Virus record (IMG/VR): IMGVR_UViG_3300037478_000520
Coordinates: 49,661-113,660 of that record
Length of the DNA stretch: 64,000 nucleotides
From: a virus
Reading direction: 5' to 3' (one strand)
In this document: positions 46,866 to 55,644 of the stretch, one piece after another
Numbering within the stretch: the first letter of the stretch is position 1
Layout: each line of letters opens with the position of its first letter
Notes under the pieces: generated by a model
What the model saw: only the letters and a program-made list of their open reading frames with translations
The model's database searches: none
What the model was told of the DNA's origin: nothing
Translations under genes and position numbers: made by a program

Positions 46866-47686
46866 GCCGCCATCCTTCCTTCCGGAAGCGTCACAACAAA
46901 GATGTCGCGCGCGTGATCCAGCCAAGTGTCGTAGCGCCACTTCACGTACGGAACGTGCCGGCGCCAGCCATCCCACCATTGGTCCGTAGTCAACGTCTCT
47001 TCGTTGTCGTCGTACTCGCCCCACAGCAGCATGGAGTGCCCGCCTTCGACCACGCCAGTCATGCGGTCAATGATCCCTGGGCCACTACGGTCCATGAACG
47101 AAGTGCGCAACGTCATGCCGTATCCGACCCCGCAGTCTGCCCGTAGCGCTGCCTTGACTTGGCGGAGGCGCTCCGTTGGGTTGGGATGATCGATCCAGTG
47201 ATACGCCAGCTCCTTAGCGTCCAGCCCCTTCGTCAGCACGTGCGCTGGCGGCATGCGATTGAGCTTGTGAAAGGCGGTCGAGTACGGATAGTCCTCTTCG
47301 AGGCAGATCCCCACCTTGCTCCAAGCCTCAAGCGCGGTCCGGTGATACGTTCCACCGTCCCACAAAAAGCCATTGTGGAGCTTCCTCGAGAGTGCATAGC
47401 CTGCTCGCCGTGACCGCTGCCGGTGAGGCAACCCGCGTCTGAGTTCCCATACGTTCGCTGCCTGCGTTAGGCTGTGAAGCACGCACGTCCCAGCACTGCC
47501 CTGGTAGATACGCGGCGGCGGTTGCGGACTGTACTTCGCACTCGCATCGTAGAGTGCGAGTTCTGCGAAGTTGTAGTCCCTCAGATCTGCCATCCAGTTG
47601 GACAGATCGTCCCCGAGAGGTTTGCAGCCAAGGCAGGTGCCATTCGCTATCCGCCTGGCTGCTCGCAGCGCGTTGGCCCCGATCAC
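46862..47686 (-). CDS. Papain-like (C1 family) cysteine peptidase
   Basis: QGSAGTCV (Gln oxyanion, Cys), D.GT, G.C.E..YPY, GGHSM (His). Confidence 0.8.
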   Translation of the reverse strand: MIGANALRAARRIANGTCLGCKPLGDDLSNWMADLRDYNFAELALYDASAKYSPQPPPRIYQGSAGTCVLHSLTQAANVWELRRGLPHRQRSRRAGYALSRKLHNGFLWDGGTYHRTALEAWSKVGICLEEDYPYSTAFHKLNRMPPAHVLTKGLDAKELAYHWIDHPNPTERLRQVKAALRADCGVGYGMTLRTSFMDRSGPGIIDRMTGVVEGGHSMLLWGEYDDNEETLTTDQWWDGWRRHVPYVKWRYDTWLDHARDIFVVTLPEGRMAA

Positions 47687-48138
47687 TCAACCCCAGCCTG
47701 CGCCTTGAGCGCACCAAAGGTCGGAATTATCAGTTTCCCGGGCGTCGCCGCAAGAATCGTCTGGTCCGGGCCAAGACCCATGCCGATCCCTTCCTTTTCA
47801 AGCGTCGCCACGAGGTGGCCATAGGCGTCCGTGAGCGCCTGCATGGCTGCATGACTCTCCTCTCCGATGCCCTTGCCCTGTGCGGCAACCACGCGGTCGG
47901 CAGCGTCTTTCACGCGTTCCAACGCTTCGGCGACACGCGCCTTGGTTTCCTCAGGCAGATCGCCAGACATGACCTGGCTGACGAGAGTGCGAACCCCGTC
48001 GACCAGCGGGATCAGGTTGCTGACCCATTGCACCACCTGGGCGGCGATCGGGAGTGCGGAACCCACGCACCCCTGCACATTGATTGACGCAAACAAGAGG
48101 GCGCATGCGAACGTCGTGTTACGGATTGATGATTTCAT
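47683..48138 (-). CDS. Putative lipoprotein
   Basis: Signal peptide ending VQGC, followed by amphipathic helices. Confidence 0.55.
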   Translation of the reverse strand: MKSSIRNTTFACALLFASINVQGCVGSALPIAAQVVQWVSNLIPLVDGVRTLVSQVMSGDLPEETKARVAEALERVKDAADRVVAAQGKGIGEESHAAMQALTDAYGHLVATLEKEGIGMGLGPDQTILAATPGKLIIPTFGALKAQAGVE

Positions 48139-49222
48139 TTTTTGTTCCCACTTTCGCTGCAACTGCAGCTGTTATAGCCCGTATCCACAGCAACCAGAGC
48201 TGCGAACACAGCGCGAGTTAGGCTCGGGTGCCACGCGCTATTATCGTATTCTGGAATCAAAAGATCGCCATTGCTGTTCCATGCGCAAACGTACCAACCT
48301 TGTTCATCACCGCTCCAATCCAGGATGAGCCGGTTACACCGGTCGCCAAGCGAAGCCTTAATCATCCCGATCGCTGGATCGAGGTTGGCTGGGTGGTCGA
48401 CGTGAATCGCTTCCGGCGTGATTCTGATCATGCCTGCTTTCCACTGGAAAGAACGGCACCGCATGGCTCGCTTACCTAGCTCAACCGCATCACTCACGGG
48501 AGCACCTCCACATGCGTTGTTCCATCGCCAGGTATACACGGAGCGTATGCGGGCGCATGCCCTGATCGCGGGGCGCGGACCTCGTCGACAGGCTCCCACG
48601 GCAACAGGCACGGCATGCGGCAGAAGCACTGCCCAGCGTCCGCCCTGGACTCAAGCTTGCCGGCCGCAAAGCACTTAGACCGGCACATGGCATCAGACAC
48701 GGGATTCGACCGCTCCCAACGGACCCCAACAAAGATCCCAACAAAGATGCACGCAGCGATGGCGCACATGCCAATCAGCATCTCTCGAGACGCGTTCACG
48801 ATCGCCCTGCCCGGAACCACAGCCGCCATGCCGAGATTGCGTCGTCAAAAAAGTCACATGCGCTTCTGAACAACACACCAACCAAAAAAGCATGGAAAAT
48901 GTCGTCATCAGCGCGAGGCACCAACCACGCGCAAACTCCTCCAAGGAGGACGAACCAGACAGTCAGGAACCACCGGTCACCCGACTCAACGTCGTAACGT
49001 CGTCGACTCACAGCACACTCTCCACTCCATCCCGGAGCGTGAACCAAGATTTTAGAAAAAACAAACAGGTCACTTCGCCCTCGCATAGAAAAAATTTCCA
49101 GTCTGCCCGCACCAGACCCGCCGATATCCCGGGATCGGCGGATCCATCATCACGGGCTCAACCACGCCGCCCAGCCGATCGGCGTCGTTGGCCGCCACGC
49201 CGCGGTCGACGTACAGGGCAGT

Positions 49223-49835
49223 TCACTTCGACCTCCGCAGATCCGCATAGAACGCGTTCAACGTCTCGCCGCAGTCGACGGAATTACTCTTGCAGAACCC
49301 CCCGTGCTTATAGTTCGGGTTGCGGCTTCCACTTTGATTGCGACCTCCGCCCGCGCGACCCTTTTCCTTCATGTCCCTGCCGTTATCTGCCGCCGTACCG
49401 ACGAAGAGGTGCGCCGGATTTACGCATGGCGGGTTGTCGCAGTGATGGCAGACCATCATTCCGTCCGGGACATCGACCCCGGACAGCTTCAGCGCGAGTC
49501 GGTGCGCGAACTCTTTGCGCCTTGTCCCATCCGCCAGGCTGCCAACCCTAAACCTGCCGTACCCGGACCTGTCTCGCTGCGACTTCCAAAGCCAGCAACT
49601 GTCATTCTGTGCCAACATCAACCTTTGGCCAAAATCGATGAGCGATCGGAACGGGCCTAGGCCCGCGCCCCGGGTTGATGCGCTTCTGAAATCCAGTCAC
49701 TGACGACCAGGATCGACCGTTCATGATCGCGGCCACCATGACCCTGCTGAAATCCAGAGCCACATCACCATGCTTGCGTCCGCTGTCGCATACATCGCGA
49801 ACGATGCGAACCACGTCTTGCTCGGCGAGCTTCAT
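49223..49835 (-). pseudogene. HNH homing endonuclease split by a frameshift
   Basis: First frame ends [11 protein letters not shown]. The +1 frame continues DSCWLW...GYG.F...AHR...[22 protein letters not shown]...KGR. Confidence 0.7.
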
Positions 49836-50416
49836 CGTCGTTCCCTTTCGTAGAACCGGTTCAACGTATCGCCGCAACGGATGCGCGTGTGCCCCGCAGG
49901 AACCGGGTCGCTCTTTGACCCCCAGTGAAACGCGCGGCCTCGACACGGGTCCGCCACCTCGCCCTGCGCCCATTCAGCGGCCCTCGTGAGCGCCGCCCGC
50001 CAGGAGCCCACCCTGTCCGCCCAATCCACCCTGTGCGCCGGCCAGTGCGCCGGCTGGGCACCTTCTATCGTGAGCGCCCGTATCCATTGCTGCCTGCGCT
50101 TCTTCGGTCGCTTGCCCCGAAGCGGCGCGCAGTACGCCCGGACCATGTCAACAAATCGCATCGATGGGTTGCGACCAACTGCCTGTGACCAACGCCTCGC
50201 CAGCACGTGCGCGATTCCGTCCCAGTCCCGCTGAGCCTCCCATCCGCCCTCCCCAACGAACGCCTTCGCGAGAGTCACGTGGGATTCTCGATCCCATTGC
50301 TCGGATGGGATTGGACGCTGAGCTATGACCGTAGCAGCGGTCGCGAGCGTGGCTGTGAATGCTAGGGCTCTCACGGCTGCCACCTTATCCGCCGCCCACA
50401 TTCGATACTTTTTCAT
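49832..50416 (-). CDS. Putative SleB/Hydrolase_2-like cell wall hydrolase (endolysin candidate) with N-terminal signal
   Basis: LAKAFVGEGG....IAHVL.RR and DPC.G.A.HW resemble SleB motifs. Confidence 0.5.
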   Translation of the reverse strand: MKKYRMWAADKVAAVRALAFTATLATAATVIAQRPIPSEQWDRESHVTLAKAFVGEGGWEAQRDWDGIAHVLARRWSQAVGRNPSMRFVDMVRAYCAPLRGKRPKKRRQQWIRALTIEGAQPAHWPAHRVDWADRVGSWRAALTRAAEWAQGEVADPCRGRAFHWGSKSDPVPAGHTRIRCGDTLNRFYERERR

Positions 50417-51523
50417 CCAATTCCAATTGCATCGCGAACGCAGTTTCGCGATCGCAGTCGTGACTACCCTTCATCCAATAGTTTCTGTTGCACGTCCACC
50501 CGCGCATCGTCAGGTAAGCTATCTCAAACACATCCTCTTCATCCAACACTCTTATTTCCACCGTTCACATCCTCCGGAAAAGCCGTGCAGTTCAATCTTG
50601 ACCACAATCACGTCACGCTCCCCAAAAGCAGGTCGCCTTGGCCAGGGGCCAGTACCGCGCAGTACGGAGGGAAATCCTCACCACACCGGCACTCGGGAGC
50701 CACGAGCCCGCGGAACGCTCCGCATGCGAATGGGATCGACGTCGTCATGGGAGCGTCGCAGTTGTAGCAAGGTTGGGTGAACGGTTCGATTCCGTATCGG
50801 TCGGCCCATGCCTTCGGGTATGCCCCGTGGACCACGAGGAATTGCGACCTATCAAGCATGCTCTGTCTCCATAGCTTCCGCTGCACAAAAGACGTTTGTC
50901 TGTCTCATGTCCATCAACGCCTCCGCATACTCGTTCGCTCCTAGAGACAGCGCAATTTGCCGTGCTACCGCCAACGCCGTATCGACGTCAGAAGCGATCC
51001 CTTGCAAGAGCCGACCTCGTTCGGTGACCGCGTGCGATTCGAGAACTTTCACCCTCGACGCCTCTCGCGCTGCGCCCATGAGTGACCCAAACATTCATGA
51101 TCTCCATCGTGCCCTTTAGGGAGCACGCACCCTATCGAACTCGGAACGCGTGAAGCCTCCGCACCAAACAGTCGCTCGTGTTCTCCATTCGGCAAACGAA
51201 CGCCACAGCCGCACAGCACATACGAACCGGAGTATTCAATCCGTTCAGACTGAACCGGACCCTTGACCTTATGCATATGCAATGCGACCAGCCTTACCGC
51301 TTGAATGCGGATCTGATCTAGCTCGTCAGCATAGGAGCCGAGATCTTCCGCGCGCGCGTTAGCCACCGCATTACAAAGCCCGCGCTCTACGTCGGAACTG
51401 ATCGCCGATAATCGTCGTTGGCGAAGGTTGAACATCCGGTTTACTTTTTCCACTCCGGATGCTCTGTTTTCGCACCAGGCCGCCGCACCCACGTGCCTGA
51501 TTCGTCACTCTCGACTCGCATTC

Positions 51524-52255
51524 TCACCGCTTCACCCGAGTGCCTTCTCGCTTGTCGATCGCATCGAAATCCACGATCACACTCGGCTGGGTGACGTCGT
51601 CCCAAACCGTCTTCGGGGTGTTGTCACCTCTCGGCGGTGGAGGCGGGACCGTCCGGCTAGACGCAACCAAGCGTTCCCACACTCCCAAGAGTGCTGCGAA
51701 CAACTCCTTCCCGCCCGGCGACCGGACGATACCCATCCAGTCCATTCCACGCCGCTCTACAGCGGTAGCCAGCGCGCGTAGAGCGACGGCCGGCGACACG
51801 TCCCACGGAGCCTTTGGCGGACCTGCTGGGGGCTGCATGGGTGTGCTCCCCGGGAAGCTTGGTAGCTTGGGTGGTCCAGGGAGTTTTTCCCATGGCGCGC
51901 GTCCCATGGTTGCCATGGGTTGAGGTAGCGATTCCCCCATCGGCGGTGGTGGTGGCTGCATGGCTGCGCGTAAACTCGGGATTGGCCCAGGTAGACCTGT
52001 CACTCGCATTTGTTCCGACATGCCCGTGCTCAGCTTGTAGGTCGTCTCAACGACGCCACCAGTCGTGCTGGTTTTGATCTCTGTGACCGGCTTGCAGCGG
52101 CATACCAGTCCCCCGCAGTCGGCACACCTAGTCCTACCGATTGGGAAGAGTGCCTTCACTCGCTCTACTGGGAAGAAGCTCATCGTACGACCATCGCCTC
52201 CTGCTGGAATCGTTTGGGCAAGAGCGCGTGCACTTCGATCGACCAACATCCCCAC
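51524..52255 (-). CDS. Pro-rich hypothetical protein
   Basis: ORF with CxxC and a poly-Pro segment. Confidence 0.45.
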   Translation of the reverse strand: MGMLVDRSARALAQTIPAGGDGRTMSFFPVERVKALFPIGRTRCADCGGLVCRCKPVTEIKTSTTGGVVETTYKLSTGMSEQMRVTGLPGPIPSLRAAMQPPPPPMGESLPQPMATMGRAPWEKLPGPPKLPSFPGSTPMQPPAGPPKAPWDVSPAVALRALATAVERRGMDWMGIVRSPGGKELFAALLGVWERLVASSRTVPPPPPRGDNTPKTVWDDVTQPSVIVDFDAIDKREGTRVKR

Positions 52256-52728
52256 TTACCGATGCAGATCCCGGGCGCCGCGTCATCCCCGATCGGCTCG
52301 TCGTTTCCGACAATCGCGCGAGCAGTGGCTTGCTCGATCTTGCGGGTGACCTCGCGGCGCGCCCTCACCATGCCTCGCCCGATGATCCTCGCCCGCCAAG
52401 TTGCCGGATAGACCTGGATGCGCTTGCTCTTCTGTCCGCCCGCCTTGACCCAGGATACCTGCCAGATCTTCAGGGCGCCCCCAAGTCCGAGCATCGTGGG
52501 ACGGTTGCCGCCCCATGCGCGCTCGGTGACCAGGACCGCCGGGACGCCAAACTGGCGACCGAGTTCGACCGCACGCTCGCAGACATGCAATACCTCGTCG
52601 AGGTTCTCGACATTGAGTTCTCCGAAATCAATCAGTGAACCATGCATCCAGATCGACCACCCAGAACGAGACGCGGTATCGACCCCGAGGACAACGCAGC
52701 GATTGACGACAGCGCGCATTTCTTTCAT
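52180..52728 (-). CDS. RuvC-like Holliday junction resolvase
   Basis: VLGVDT...GW, V.E, V.PATWR, DDA.....IG. Confidence 0.78.
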   Translation of the reverse strand: MKEMRAVVNRCVVLGVDTASRSGWSIWMHGSLIDFGELNVENLDEVLHVCERAVELGRQFGVPAVLVTERAWGGNRPTMLGLGGALKIWQVSWVKAGGQKSKRIQVYPATWRARIIGRGMVRARREVTRKIEQATARAIVGNDEPIGDDAAPGICIGKWGCWSIEVHALLPKRFQQEAMVVR

Positions 52729-54392
52729 CCACGCCTCAAATCGACGTCCCACTTCAGTGGTCCGCCTGGGCCCCTAACGCTCGACGGCGCCATCCCTCTG
52801 CCCGTGTCGAACCGATAGCTTCTCGGAGGCAGGTCGCCCGCCTTCACCCCGAGTTGCCCATCACTGAATAGATAGACTGTGGTGCCATTGAGTTCGTAGC
52901 CTTCTGCGCTCATAAGGCATCTCACTTGCCGAGACATCTCAGCGATGAAAGCGTCGCCCATGTTGTAGATTTCTCGAGCACTCTGCATGTCTACCACGCG
53001 TCCGAAAATTTGCAGTTCTCCTAAGCTGGTTTGTGGCACGAAAATCATGGAGCAACTCCCGTATCCCAGTCGCAATAGTTCTCGTCTGGATCGTTGAAGG
53101 CAGTCACCCATTCCTCATACCCTGGGTCACCCAACAGAACGCGCATCACCTGATCCAAAACCCACTGCTTGTGGTGCGCGCCATCGAACATCCCATAGGT
53201 CGATATCAAATCAACTGCTTCGCTGATCCGCGCGTCCTTCTCGATTGTCACTCCGACACCTCGACGCATACGCGCAGAAACCACGCGTCGTCTTCCTGGT
53301 CGAAGTGCTGCCCCAAGAGCAGACGCGTCGACGTATCCCACGGCTGCCTACCGTCGCCGTCCTCGCCGAACACGATCACAGGTCTCGGAAGATTGCTCGC
53401 GACCAGCAACTTGTGCGCGGCATGCTCGGGCAACTCGGCGATGGCTTCCAACCGAAGAACACGCGCGGCTATATCCCTCTCGGACGGCTCGGCAACGTTG
53501 TGGAATCCTATCCAGTCAGCTTTCCACACGGAGCCTGGTTGCCCTGGCTCGCCTTCTTGCCAGATCGACATGGTGAACACCGTGCACGAAGTGCACTCTT
53601 CAACGCCTAGGGCTAGTCCGTCCGTGGATGCGCTATGGAACCCAGTGGATGTCACGATCCTATTGCACGCAGAATTGATACGATCAACCGCATCATTCAT
53701 GCGCGGTCCGAATGCAACCTGAAAATCCCGGGACAACTCTGGCCGCGGAGAGCGGTGCATCCCGCACCGACATCTAACTGAACCGTCGTCGTTTCTATCA
53801 ATATCAATGACGCACTCACCGTTTTCGAACTTCGCGTGTGACACGCCGCATATTTCGGAAACACGGACCAAGAGATTATCGATATCGCTACGCGTCAGCG
53901 CGCGGAGGAACCCCATTTCACGCCGAACATCCATCTCGGTTCTTGTCCGATTTTCAAACATAGCTTCCTCCATGCGTAAAAGGTGCCGGGATGTCGCTCC
54001 CGGCGGGCGCTGTGTTCGACGCTTCAGGCAGCGTCGCGCGAGGAACCGCCGCACAGTCACGGCAGCGGAAGTGGTCCATGACAAAACCATCCCCAACCTC
54101 TGCTCGCACACTGCAGTGCGCGCCACCCACGCACAGCCAGACCATAGCGAGCCAGAAAATCATTGAGTTGCGAACGACCGTCTCCATCTCAGTCCTCGTC
54201 CGTCTCGTCAGCCACCAGCTGGACCGCCATCGCTAGGTTGCAATATACGCAATCTTCGTCCCGACAGTAGGGTTCATCATCGTAAACGTCAGCGCCATCG
54301 CATGGACCATGATCGACGATGTAGTCAACTGCTGCGTTGAACAGCTTTTTAGCTCTACGATCTACGTCGTTCATGTCCCACCGATATTTGAT

Positions 54393-55409
54393 TCATGTCT
54401 CATCTGAGCGCCTCCCATGCCAATGCAGCCACTGCTGGAACCTGGCCATTTCCAGTGGCTGCACATCGCACCACCCGATTGGCCATCCCATCATCCACTC
54501 CCGAAATGATATCCACGGGCCACCAGTCATCGCTTCCAAGCTCGGGCGCACCTTCCCGACCCGCCCCGCTGCGCCGCCCCGATTGCTCCCGTAGAGCGTC
54601 GCCGTCGGCGTCGGCAGGACTCGCCCCATCAGTTCCGCAAGTCGCCGATGCGCATCCCATTTGAGCATCGATCGCGAATTCTCGTTGCCCGCCGTAGTCG
54701 GCGTCGGCAACATCGCGTTGTGCATCAGCGCAGGTAGCGATGGTGAGTTGCGGGCCATCTCCGACGGGGCACCGGCTCCTCGCCTCCCGTCCGAAGCTAG
54801 GAGTGTGGGCAGCATGGCGAGCGATAAGCGCTGCCCTCCACGACTCCCCTTCCCTCTCTGACGCAGCCCGCTCCCGCCGTCGCTCGCCAGCGGCGTGGGC
54901 AACGATCCATATCCGTTCCCGTCGGTGTGGAGCTCCGACGCAACAAGCGCCGAGCACTCCCCATCTCGCATCGAACCCCAACGCGGCCAGGTCTCCGAGA
55001 ACTCGTCCAAGCCCGAGAGCAACGAGGTTTGCCGAGTTTTCCACGAAGACGTGGCGCGGTCGTACCTCGCGAATGATTCTGGCCATCTCCGCCCACAGTC
55101 CGCTTCGCTCGCCGTCGATGCCTGCCCGGAGTCCTGCGGGGCTAATGTCCTGACAGGGAAATCCGCCTGTGACGACGTCGGCATGTCCTTGCCAAGGTCG
55201 CCCGTCGAACGTGCGGACGTCATCCCAGATCGGGAAACGCTCGAGCATGCCGTTTCGCTGTCGGGCGAGGAGCGTGGATCGGCAGTAGGGAGCAATTTCA
55301 ACAGCGCAGACGGGAACGTGCCCGAGGAGCTTGTCGGCGAGAATTCCGCCTCCAGCTCCTGCAAAAAGGTGCATGGTTCTGAGTGGTCGCTTAGGTAATG
55401 CCATGTCAT
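54393..55409 (-). CDS. Fully overlapping alternative-frame ORF, probable methyltransferase beta polypeptide
   Basis: 338 codons open across the whole MTase gene; LPTP repeats and EWMMGWPIGW (motif IX-like). Confidence 0.65.
   Translation of the reverse strand: MTWHYLSDHSEPCTFLQELEAEFSPTSSSGTFPSALLKLLPTADPRSSPDSETACSSVSRSGMTSARSTGDLGKDMPTSSQADFPVRTLAPQDSGQASTASEADCGRRWPESFARYDRATSSWKTRQTSLLSGLDEFSETWPRWGSMRDGECSALVASELHTDGNGYGSLPTPLASDGGSGLRQRGKGSRGGQRLSLAMLPTLLASDGRRGAGAPSEMARNSPSLPALMHNAMLPTPTTAGNENSRSMLKWDAHRRLAELMGRVLPTPTATLYGSNRGGAAGRVGKVRPSLEAMTGGPWISFREWMMGWPIGWCDVQPLEMARFQQWLHWHGRRSDET
54400..55404 (-). CDS. C5 DNA cytosine methyltransferase (alpha polypeptide)
   Basis: HLFAGAGG (I), GGFPCQD (IV), VENS (VI), HRRERIW (VIII), GNGQVP (X). 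Confidence 0.92.
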   Translation of the reverse strand: MALPKRPLRTMHLFAGAGGGILADKLLGHVPVCAVEIAPYCRSTLLARQRNGMLERFPIWDDVRTFDGRPWQGHADVVTGGFPCQDISPAGLRAGIDGERSGLWAEMARIIREVRPRHVFVENSANLVALGLGRVLGDLAALGFDARWGVLGACCVGAPHRRERIWIVAHAAGERRRERAASEREGESWRAALIARHAAHTPSFGREARSRCPVGDGPQLTIATCADAQRDVADADYGGQREFAIDAQMGCASATCGTDGASPADADGDALREQSGRRSGAGREGAPELGSDDWWPVDIISGVDDGMANRVVRCAATGNGQVPAVAALAWEALR

Positions 55410-55644
55410 AACCTGAACCTCGGGTTGGCTCGACGTCTCAAACGTCGTCGATCCGCTCCACCCGCGTCACCCTCACCCTTCCGAACCGAGGGTCTTGAAA
55501 TACCTCCACGGTCGTAAGTCGGTAGCGTTTTCGGGTGGTCTCCCAATCTCCCTGGTCCACCGCGATTCGCTCGTTTCCGACCTCCCACCAGGACTCGTTG
55601 GCAAACTCGGGACAGGGTCGGCATTTTGGCGTTGTTGTCATGCA

